A stretch of DNA of 64,000 nt from contig JANNXQ010000170.1 in the NCBI GenBank assembly GCA_031409655.1, positions 32,001-96,000 of the forward strand, written 5' to 3'. Under the pieces are notes generated by a model. That model was given only the letters and a program-made list of their open reading frames with translations, made no database searches and was not told the origin of the DNA. The DNA is from Chthoniobacteraceae bacterium (GTDB lineage: Bacteria > Verrucomicrobiota > Verrucomicrobiia > Chthoniobacterales > Chthoniobacteraceae). This document shows, piece by piece, positions 32,401-41,200 of this stretch. The position numbers and the translations under genes are program-made. How positions within the stretch are numbered: position 1 is the first letter of the stretch; every line of letters begins with the position of its first letter.

Positions 32401-33442
32401 CGTGCATCCGGCGGTCACGTCGAACGCCAGTAATACTGTTGCCGGTACGACTTTCACGATCACCGTTCCGACGTCAGCTAGCGCGCGGTCCGGCAACGTG
32501 ATGATCCCGCGATTCGCACCGGGCAGCTACACCACCTCGGCTTCGGGTCTCGCGGCACCGCGAGACCGCCGTGTGACGATGGATACCAATTTCGACCATC
32601 ACCTCAAAGTCGGTGATCAGGTGCAAATTAACTTCTTCCAAGGTAATCCCCTGCCTGTTGACATGGTAGCTACCGTAGAATCCGTCGTGGACATGAACAC
32701 TTGGACTTTCCTCGCGCCATCGCTCGGAACGAATCTCGGAACCAACCAAGGGAACAACAATGTCTATCAGTTCCCGCTGCTCGCTCAACCGTTGACTCGG
32801 AGTGGGACCGTGGGTTCACGCCCGAGCACGTTCAACATGGGCAACACTGAAGGGGATATGGACCAGGCTCCGTTGAACTCTCCGACCGTGTTTAACTTCT
32901 ATCTGCCGGACTACAAGTTCCCTGGAGCGCTTGCCTCGCAGGGCATCACGACTCCCGAGTTCCAGGAAACGGCTGAGACTTCGGTCATCCGCCAGGCGAA
33001 CTTCTTAGAGCGCGGCATCTACGCACTGGGAAACACCAATGGCGTAAGCAGCTTCAAGAACGGCACCAATGCATTGGTCATGGATTTGAGCCCGTGGATG
33101 GCGAACGCGGTCGGTACCGTTTCGCCAGGTCTGGAGCTTGGAGCCGGCACCAGCACCACGCGGCCTTGGACGCACGATCAAAACCTCAGCGTTCTCATCG
33201 ACCGTTTCAGTACGGTGCTTCTTGGTGCGGCTTTGCCCGCGGCTGTGAAGACCCAAATCACAACCTTCGTCCAGACACGCACAAATATGGGTTCTGCCTA
33301 TAATCAATTCACTAATCCTTACACCAATATTCCCTACAATAACTCGGGCACAACGACTGCGACCGATCCCGAGAAGACTAATCGCATCCGGGCAATTCTG
33401 CACCTCATCCTCACCTCCCCCGACTTCACCATCCAGCGCTAA
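26492..33442 (+). CDS. Giant secreted DUF1800-family protein A (Ca-binding repeats, Calx-beta, 3 PA14, Ig-like, CHRD, DUF1800), about 2316 aa
   Basis: Signal peptide MRRSFL...ARA; DSDGDGQTN; YTVSGTATPGVDY; FSVRWTGQV and NYGARIRGYI; AYINLHT..FPAGEIRG; ASRFLTQATFGP, DQLRQR, PNENYARE, GKQREP, VFNFYLPDY. Confidence 0.9.
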   Translation: MRRSFLFPALLSALAALHVPARAALDIGPGGGPGDGVPDVWAAVTGYTGDGASLSADSDGDGQTNGAEAAAGTNPNASGDVIAIKSLTPAGANLKIDFPGIGGKKYQMQSSPTLSPANFTNVPQAAGTVVATADANIQVTLPMGAGSKYYRVVVSDIDTDSDGLTDYEERKIGLNPLLPDIIGGLSGVAYVSGQLALPDVVTVVATDATASEDGSDFGSFMVERTRNLFTIDVPYTVSGTATPGVDYQSLGGSVHLMLGENTASFNIVPTSEPTNVVESGESVTVTLANPSLVYSLGTPSSATVIIGETTATSGTGLMARYYDTASGNYSRPENFGTVSSYTYTRLTAATGTATIAYTATPALSVGHQVNVAFTAGNLNNVLYSPLLYTVTGVTPTNFTVAIAGTALPTNQTTASSCVISITSFPHPAVITQVDPTVNFDWQHGTPNGVVILPNNSPDNYSASWDAYLQPTTAGNYIFQLDADDKARVLLDTGAGLVQILEHGWDGPATIGTFKQSAPIALSVPGSPSARYHIRVEHVETTGNARCRLQWSANGGTTFANIAQANQFTHTQAITYSYTQATGDVVVTPTGGHLFVGGEVVNLTMSSGNLFLPISYSGPYTITAVSGTSTFTVNITGTGLPATGTGSGFLENAASTTTGLFNRTYANTAFTSPPGRVGVDAAVTTGNNGIWNTGTPDVNLIRPETFSVRWTGQVQPQFSEEYTLVVGADDGCALRINGQSQILRTIPSASTSGSTYLYDAGSGNAVVSYPALIVSPGSFIVGESVRLDPSSGSLSHAPASPPTYRFDDVTGDVVINYANLTNVTPGGFVVGETIELDPTSGSLSALGLLPYTITAATANTITVNSGGLGFNPRMSVAAISVGPACEITTVQNHGLSVGSELRISSVATGIFSPDINSLYTVVAVVSPTKFTVASNCTVAPTAGTGVVIVSGNIAISDNRNAVITAATPTTFTVNMGANKYANASAGNVSIDIVNKPLKDWSSSANERFVHVPMIGGVRYDIQLDYYESTSAAKCQLSWYSPSQPRQIIPSNRLYPTSTPASPLAPPILLSPTSAVALVGGAFSYAVVGSNGATVTVSGNPAWLTYSGGVLSGTPPPGTAGHYQIVVTTTGPAGTGMSVIELDVQDTGGVIAREYWNGVEGTTIATIPTGAVPTGSGDLSQLAAPTDFGDNYGARIRGYITAPVTGNYYFWISASNAAELWIANDDEPINTFKRASVTTGNTTPQTWVGEANQKSAWLALEAGQRYYIEILHKAGSGAGDNLAVGWLKPGESGALPSEVVPGYVLSPYVAPSLQSIPGTLYVATMLSQNGAATSGVGTSTLRLSADETTVIMGYSYRGLTGPITSQHIHTDPYLLKPSEIVFDIDTPETAGDGLILTGPDAGKYKWTIKDRGSLTAPEIREIIKQGKAYINLHTAMFPAGEIRGNYTLANGSRLFTPPPAPPALADDHATNNGASRFLTQATFGPNPADIAALKAMASYDAWINDQFTRPVSYTLPEVIRTENASAQGAAFDETLAFNAWWKSAVSAPDQLRQRIAYALSQIHVVSAQGPLDNRAEALAYYYDHLVNHAFGNFRDLLQATTLTPAMGRYLDMKENDKPDLTVGRIPNENYAREILQLFDLGLFRLWPDGTLMLNSKDELIPTYTQREIVGFAHLFTGWDDGYDGAFRTTLGAATNYTRPMREVPARHFTGPKRVLNNEVLPGLQQLGGQPLDPYATHNATQFNDPSYQALPGLELAVSHQQLFEHPNVGPFICRQLIQRMVMSNPSRDYLYRVVQKFNNNGAGVRGDLKAVIKAILLDYEARSSSETTKPIYGKQREPVLRVAAAGRAFRQAAWTGTYTQSASPSSTSRTITVSTSTAHKLVTGNNVFLDFSDTTGDVAKPAPWIGTYSATVTGNNTFTVQANGWATGTYNIPANSTVCTVSMGSHWLEATEQAYFDFTSGPADGLAGFDNTVHPAVTSNASNTVAGTTFTITVPTSASARSGNVMIPRFAPGSYTTSASGLAAPRDRRVTMDTNFDHHLKVGDQVQINFFQGNPLPVDMVATVESVVDMNTWTFLAPSLGTNLGTNQGNNNVYQFPLLAQPLTRSGTVGSRPSTFNMGNTEGDMDQAPLNSPTVFNFYLPDYKFPGALASQGITTPEFQETAETSVIRQANFLERGIYALGNTNGVSSFKNGTNALVMDLSPWMANAVGTVSPGLELGAGTSTTRPWTHDQNLSVLIDRFSTVLLGAALPAAVKTQITTFVQTRTNMGSAYNQFTNPYTNIPYNNSGTTTATDPEKTNRIRAILHLILTSPDFTIQR

Positions 33443-33447
33443 GCCCT

Positions 33448-34941
33448 ATGAGCTCCGAACAAGATCCCAAAGTCTCCACACGCCGCGATTTCATCCGCCA
33501 GGCTTCGTGCGCTGCCGTCGGCACGTGGGCGATCACCAGCACGATCCGCGACCTGCGGCTCATCAATGCCGCCGTCGCGCAGACCGGCCTGACAGGATAC
33601 AAGGCCCTGGTCTGTCTTTTCCTGTCGGGCGGCAATGACGCGAACAACTGGATCGTTCCGACCGATACCGCAACTTACAATGAGTATGCGGGATTGCGCG
33701 GAATCCTGGCGATCCCGAAGACATCGCTCCGGCCGCTTTGGAGTAACGCAGCCGGAACGACGCCCTATACCGACACCGACGGGCATACTCACGGTTTCCA
33801 TCCCGCTTGCACCGAACTCGAGACGCTCTTCAAGGAAGATAAGCTCGCGGTGATTTTCAATGTCGGGACATTGGTTCGTCCAACCAGCCGCGAGCAATAC
33901 CTCTCAGCCAATCCCTTTTACCGGCCACCTCAACTCTTCTCCCATAGCGATCAAGTGACCCAATGGCAGACGTCCATTCCAGACCAACCACCCGCCACCG
34001 GATGGGGAGGGCGTTGCGCGGATCTATTGGACGCGACCGCAAACCCGACAGGAGCCATTTCTATGTCGGTCTCGCTGAACGGAGCGAATACTTTTGAGGT
34101 TGGGAATATCATCTCGCAATACCACGTCTCCAGTGCTGGGGCCGTGACTTTATCGAACCTAAGTTCGGCCAAGATTGCGACGATGAGGGCGATCTTTAAT
34201 CCGACGATCCCGATTTCAACCGCCAGCAACGCCGTGAACCTTCAGCGCGCGGCCTACGCGGAGGTATTGGATCGTGCGGTGGAAACCGGGAATTTGCTGA
34301 ATACGAGCATTGAGGGCACGGCCATGGCAACCGACACTCCTCTAGGAACCTGGGTGTGGACTGCGCCGTTCCCGAATACTGGCTTGGGCAACCAAATGAA
34401 GATGATCGCGCGTTTGATTGCCGCCCGCGGCCCGACCGGATTCAACATGAAGCGCCAGATCTTTTTCTGCTCGGTGGGTGGTTACGACACCCACACCAAC
34501 CAAATCACCTTCAATAACAACGGAACAACCGATCCGACCACGGGCACCCACGCCAATCTCCTCGGTGAGGTGAGCGACTGCGTCTTCGCTTTTCAGCGCG
34601 CGATGGAGCAACTCGGTGTTTCCGATCAAGTCACAACCTTCACCGCGAGCGACTTTGCCCGCACCTTCCCAACGAACTCGCAGGGAAGCGATCACGGTTG
34701 GGGTAGCCACCACATCATGGTGGGCGGGGCCGTTAAAGGCGGCCAGACCTATGGTCATCTTCCTACCCTTGTCATCAATGGACCAACCGACACTGGCTTG
34801 GGTCGCTGGATACCCACGACCTCTGTCGACCAGCACGCCGCCACGCTCGCGCGCTGGTTTGGAGTTGACTCATCAAATCTCGCGTCGATCTTCCCAAACT
34901 TGAGCCGTTTCCCCACATCGAATCTCGGGTTCATGCTTTGA
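33448..34941 (+). CDS. Tat-exported DUF1501-family protein A
   Basis: STRRDFIR; YKALVCLFLSGGND; LFSHSDQ; GGYDTH; SDFART...GSDHGWG; GRWIPTTSVDQ. Confidence 0.9.
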   Translation: MSSEQDPKVSTRRDFIRQASCAAVGTWAITSTIRDLRLINAAVAQTGLTGYKALVCLFLSGGNDANNWIVPTDTATYNEYAGLRGILAIPKTSLRPLWSNAAGTTPYTDTDGHTHGFHPACTELETLFKEDKLAVIFNVGTLVRPTSREQYLSANPFYRPPQLFSHSDQVTQWQTSIPDQPPATGWGGRCADLLDATANPTGAISMSVSLNGANTFEVGNIISQYHVSSAGAVTLSNLSSAKIATMRAIFNPTIPISTASNAVNLQRAAYAEVLDRAVETGNLLNTSIEGTAMATDTPLGTWVWTAPFPNTGLGNQMKMIARLIAARGPTGFNMKRQIFFCSVGGYDTHTNQITFNNNGTTDPTTGTHANLLGEVSDCVFAFQRAMEQLGVSDQVTTFTASDFARTFPTNSQGSDHGWGSHHIMVGGAVKGGQTYGHLPTLVINGPTDTGLGRWIPTTSVDQHAATLARWFGVDSSNLASIFPNLSRFPTSNLGFML

Positions 34942-35187
34942 ATCAGCTATGCACTGAGGTGCATTGATTTCCCTGGGGGAGATTCCTTGATCGTCTGTAG
35001 CCAAAGCAGTTGGGGAAAAGGCTTGGGTTCTTAGTTGCACGTTGGGCGATCACACGTACCAAAAAAAGTCCGCGGTGACACGACTTTTGCAGGAGAATTA
35101 GTCCGGGCCAGCGTTTTTCGTAGATGAGTCCAAATGTCACGATTTCAAGGGATTCTTCTTGCTTAAGGACACGAAAATGTTGAAATA

Positions 35188-35199
35188 TTTATCTTCACG
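35188..35199 (+). promoter_or_regulatory. Candidate promoter/operator motif TTTATCTTCACG, copy 2
   Basis: Same 12-mer as 26445-26456, in an AT-rich spacer. Confidence 0.35.
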
Positions 35200-35259
35200 C
35201 AAAGTCCCCCCTTGGGAGATCGGACCGTGAATCGCCCTTTCCGAAGTTACCCCAGTTCC

Positions 35260-38200
35260 ATGAGCCGATTCACTCGCTTCCTTGCCGCACTTGCGGCTTC
35301 TTTTGCGTTAATTCCAACCGGCCGGGCCGCTCTGGACGTATCGCCAGCCGACGGAATCCCCGATATCTGGGCGCTCGTCCAGGGTGTCAGCGTGCTCACC
35401 CCAGCAGGAGATGACGACGGCGATGGGCAGACGAATGTGGCCGAGGCTGCCGCCGGTACCAATCCGAAGAACGCCACCGAAGTTCTCAAGATCAAGAGCA
35501 TCACGAAAAGCGGGAGCAATGTGACGCTGATCTTCCCGGCGATCTTATCGAAGAAATATGAGGTGCAAGGGGCGACAACTCTCACGACGACTCCCCCAAC
35601 GAATTTCGTGACGATCGGTTCCCCATTTGTTCCCGGGGCCGACGGTGATTACACGGCTGTCGTTGCTGCCGGTAGCGCCAAATTCTTCAGGGTTCTGGTC
35701 TCCGATTTGGATACCGATAACGATGGTCTTTCAAATTACGAGGAGCGGATGATCGGCCTGAATCCGCTCCTCGCTGATAGCGATGGCGACACGGTCAGCG
35801 ACCTGAATTATGTTACCGCGCAGCTTGCCCTGGCAGATACGCTCTCCATCCGCGCCTTGGAGTCGATCGCCTCGGAGGACGGTCCGACTTCCGGCGAATT
35901 CGAGGTTTACCGCAGTCGTAGTCTCTTCACCATCAACGTGCCTTACGACGTTGGTGGCACGGCTACGGTCTCCACGGATTACGCAGCATTGGCGGGTTCG
36001 GTTACGCTCGCCCGCACCTTCACGTCAGCGAAGTTTAACGTAAATCCAAACCCCGATAGCATCGTGGAAGGAAGTGAGTCCGTGCAGGTCACGCTGACGC
36101 CGCCGCCGGGGGGCCTCAGCAGCCAGTACCTGCTGGGTAGCCCAAGTGTCGCAACGGTTATTATTACCGACAAGACGACGCCCGTTGGGACGGGCCTCAC
36201 CGCGCGGTACTATGACCATGCCAACACCATCTACGCGCACGCCGCCAACTTTGGTGACGCTGCGAGCTACGCTTACACCCGGTCCGGCACGACGCCGAAC
36301 TTCACCGGCTCTGTCGTCATTACGCCGACCGGATTGACGCCGGACCGGCTGACCACGGTCCTGGCGGCGGTCACGGTGAACGGCCAGGTGAAGCTCTCTT
36401 TCAACGGAGGCAACCTGAATACTGCCGTTTACAACCACCAGAACTACACTGTGACGGCGAAGAACGCGACGAGCTTCACGTGCACGGTGCCTCCTGGCGC
36501 ATCTCTCCCGGGAAGCAGCAGCAGCACCTGCAATTTCAGTATCCAACCCCTCCACCCAGCGGTGATCGACCGCATCGATACGGTGGTCAACAATGACTGG
36601 GCCTACGGTACACCGAATGGAGTGACGTTGGCGACTCACGGCGCTCCTCGCCTGGCCAATTTCCCGGACGATTACTCCGCGTCGTTTGAGACTTATCTGG
36701 TGCCAACTACGACAGGTTCTTACCGTTTCCAGTTCGATGCGGATGACAAAGCCAGGGTCTTGCTCGATACCGGGAGCGGCTTGGTGGAGATCCTCGAGCA
36801 CGGCTGGGACGGCGCCACCACGCCGGAGACCATCGGTGTTTTCAAGGTGAGCGCCGCGTCCTATACCCTCACCGCAGGTCAGCGCTACAAGATGCGCGTG
36901 GAGCATGTCGAGACGACCGGCGATGCGCGTTGCCGTCTGCAATGGAGCCGGGACTTGGGCGGTTTTGTCAACATCCCTCAGGCCGAGCAGATCACGCAAA
37001 CGCAGGCGGCCACTTATGTGTTTAACAAGCTGACGACGACTACCGGCACGGCCGTCATCACCCTCACGTCGCATGGCTTGAACAATGGCGACCCTGTCAC
37101 GCTCGCGTTCTCCACAAGCAACCTCTTCACGCCGGCAAGCTATAGTGGCAATTACACCGTCGCCAATGCCACGACGAATACCTTCGAGGTGGCGATTGCG
37201 GATCCCGTTGCGGTGCCGAACACGGTCGCGGCGGGCCAGGGTTGTTTTCTCGAAAATCGGCCCCTGAGCACCACGACCGGCGTGTTCAATAGGACTTACG
37301 CGGGCACCGCATTTGCCGGATTCCCGCTGCGAGTTGGTGTCGATGGCGCGGTCACGACCGGAAACAACGGCATTTGGGGTTCAGGCACGCCTGATGTGGG
37401 CCTTGTTTCCCCCAGCACGTACATCAATCCCGACACCTTCTCGATTCGCTGGACGGGCCAGGTGCAGCCACAGTTCACGGAAGAGTACACCTTCGTGGTT
37501 CATGCGGATGAAGGCAGCACCCTCAAGATCAACGGCCAGACGCAGGAGATGCAGGCGGCTCCGTCCTCGATCGTGGGCGGCAGCACCTACCTCTATGACA
37601 ACGCGACCGGCAATACGGTCATCAACTACTCTGGGAATGCGGTCAAGCCGGGCGGGTTTATCGTTGGTGAAACGATCAGGCTTGATCCCAGCACCGGCAA
37701 CCTGACCCATCCCAATGGCAGCACCTACAGCTACGACTCCGTCACGGGCCTGGCCGTGATTGACTTCTCCAATCTGACATCTGTCCTGCCGAACGGCTTC
37801 GGCGTCGGACGGATTGTGGAAATCGACCCGACTGGGGGCACCGCTTCGGCCTTGGCGAATGCGCGCTACACGATTACCGCGGCGACTGCGACCACCTTCA
37901 CGGTGAGCTTTGGCGTTGGCGCGTTTGCGCCGCAGGCTGTGGCACCCACGGCCACCATCAATGTGACTGACAACAGGAATGCAGTCATCACGGCAGTTCA
38001 CGCCACCGGCACCGGCACGTACGCCTACAGTTCCACCACGGGCGATGCTGTCATCGACTACACGGGCCTGGGCATTCCCAATAATACCGTCACCGTCGGC
38101 CAGAGCGTGGCGCTCGACCCTAGCAGCGGCAATCTGAGTACCTTGCCCAACGCATTTGCGACGGTCACCGCTGCGACGGCGACTACGTTCACCGTGAACT

Positions 38201-41200
38201 ACGGCACCAGTTTCACGACCGGCAACGGCAACGTCGTTATCATTGCGCCATCCAACGGTTTGGTCGATCCGGCCGTGACTACGGCTTTCACCGTCAATTT
38301 TGAACCGGCCAAGTATGCCAACGCTAGCATTGGCACTATGAACGTGGAGGTCATCAATAAGCCGCTCAAAGAGTGGTCCTCGATGGGCAATGAGCGTTAC
38401 GTGCGCATCCCTGTCGTCGGCGGCACGCGGTATGACATCCAGCTCGATACGTATGAGAATACGAGCTATGCGCGGGCCATTCTTTATTGGTACAGCCCCA
38501 GCCAGACGAAACAGGTCATCCCGACGGAGCGTCTTTATCCCACCTCAGTGCCACAGGCTCCGGTGGCACACGCTGGTGCGACAGAGGCTGCCGCAGTCGT
38601 CGGCTCGGCCTTCAACTATTTGGTGGGCGGAACCAATGGCAGCTCGGTCACCGTCTCCGGGCTCCCGGCCGGGCTGACCTACAACGCCGGGGTCATCAGT
38701 GGCACGGCGACAACCGCAGGCGATTATCAAGTCCTGCTCACGATCACGAACGGTGTGGGTACGAGCACCTCGGTTCTCAATCTGCATGTGGAAGCGCCGG
38801 CCGGCTCCATCGTGCGCGAACATTGGAACGGCGTCGCGGGAACGGCAGTGGCGAATCTTTCCACGGAAATTGCGGCTGGCACACCGCCGACGGGCACGAC
38901 GAACCTTAGCTCTTTGGAAGGACCGACCGACTTCGGCGACAATTATGGCGCTCGCATTCGCGGTTACATCACCGCTCCGGTCACCGGCAATTACTACTTC
39001 TGGATCGCGGCCAGCAATGCCGCCGAGCTTTGGATTTCCAATGATGACGAGCCGGTCAGCGCGCTGAAGCGGGCTTCGGTGGCGACTGGTAACACGACGC
39101 CTCGTACGTGGAGCGGCGAAGTGAAACAGAAATCGCCGTGGCTCGCTCTGGAGGCCGGGCAAAGGTATTACGTCGAAATCCTGCACAAGGCCGGAACAGG
39201 CGCAGGCGACAACCTCGCGGTCGGCTGGCGCAAGCCGGGCGAGACCGGCACCGCGCCGAGCGAAGTCGTGCCTGGGAATGTGCTCTCTCCGTATGTGGCA
39301 CCGGCACCGGGCTCGACCCCTGGCACCCTCTACGTAGCCACGATGCTGGCGCAGAACGGCGCGGTGACCAAGGGCGTGGGAGTGGCCACTTTCCGCCTGA
39401 GCGACGATGACAATGTGGCCTACATCAAGTTTGACCGGCAGGGATTCCTGAACCCGCCTTATAATGGCCTGACGGGAATAATGACGGATTGGCACGTGCA
39501 TAACGATCCGTATCTCACCCGCCCTTCGAGCATTATGTTCGATCCGAATGCCCCGCCCGCCAACAGTGGCTTGCAGCCGGACGGCAGCTTTAAGTGGACG
39601 ATACCCAACCTGGTTGGAACGATTCCCAAGGCCGAAGTCGTGGAACTGATCAAGCAGGGTAAGGCTTACATCAATATCCATACTACGGCTTATCTGAATG
39701 GAGAAATCCGCGGCAACTTCACCTTGGCCAGCGGCACCCGCACCTTCACCCCGCCGCCGGCGCCGCCGGCGTGGACCGACGACAGCAGCACTAATGACGG
39801 AGCCTCCCGCTTCCTTGCGCAGGCTTCCTTTGGGGCTAACATCGCCGACATCACCGCTTTGAAGGCACTGGCAGCGACTGGCGCTGTTCCCACTGCGGGG
39901 ATCCCGGCCAGCCGCTACGACAAGTGGATCGACAATCAGTTCCTCGTTGGCGCTACCCAGCATCTGCCGGAAGTTCTGGCGCGTGAGTATGGGAATGTGT
40001 TCGGCCCTTTTGATGTCTCGTTGAGTTTCAACGCTTGGTGGAAGGCATCGATGACCGCCCCGGATCAGCTCCGGCAGCGCGTGGCTTTCGCCTTGAGTGA
40101 GATTCACGTGGTCTCCGGTCAGGGGCCGCTGGAGGATAATGCCCGCGCCATTTCGGACTTTTACGACACGCTGGCTACCAATGCCTTCGGCAACTTCCGG
40201 GACATCGTGGTCGGCACCACTCTCACTCCGGGAATGGGTCGCTATCTGGATATGCTGCGCAACGACAAGCCCGATATCTCGGTCGGACGCAGCCCCAATG
40301 AAAACTACGCCCGCGAGATCAAACAGCTTTTCACCATCGGACTCTACGAGATGTGGCCGGATGGCAGCTTGAAGCTCACCTCCAAGGATGCACCGATCGA
40401 TACCTACACCCAGCGGGAGATTGTCGGCCTTTCGCATGTCTTCACCGGATGGGACTACGCGTACGACGGTGCTTACCGCACGGCGTTCGGTGCTACGGCG
40501 GACTGGACCCGGCCGATGCGCGAGATTCCCGCCCGGCACTTCACGGGTCAGAAGCGCGTCTTGAACAACGAGGTGCTGCCGGGGCTTTCTACGGTGGGTG
40601 GCCAGCCGTTGGATCCGAATGCGACCCATATCACCACGCATTTCAACGACCCCGCGTATCAGGCGCTCGCCGCGCAGGAACTCACCGCCGCGCATGACAT
40701 GCTCTTCAATCATCCGAACGTCGGCCCGTTTATCTGCCGGCAGCTCATTCAGCGTCTGGTGACGGCCAACCCGTCGCGCGACTATCTCTATCGTGTAGTC
40801 CAGAAGTTCAATGACAATGGGTCGGGCGTGCGCGGGGACATGAAGGCAGTGATCAAAGCCATTCTGCTGGATTACGAAGCGCGGAGCACCGGTCAATTCG
40901 CGATCCCGGCTTACGGCAAACAGCGTGAACCGATCATGCGCGTCGCCCAAGCGGCCCGTGCGCTCCGGCCGAACAACGTGACCGGAACGTATACTCAGAA
41001 TAACTCGAACCTGATCACCATCGCCACGAGCACTTCGCATCTGCTTACCGATGGGGAAAGCGTCTTCCTGGAGTTCGCCGATGCCACGGCGGCCGGAGCG
41101 CAACCCGCGCCGACCACTGGCTCGTACATTGTGAACGTCATCAATGCGACTTCCTACACCATCGACGCCCCGGGCTGGATGGTCGGATCCTACAATCAGT

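Noticed and set aside
34941..34969. Hairpin AATCA-gct-ATGCAC-tgag-GTGCAT-TGATT after DUF1501 gene A
   Set aside because: Weak bulged stem with a short U tract and no equivalent after cassette B; not supportable as a terminator
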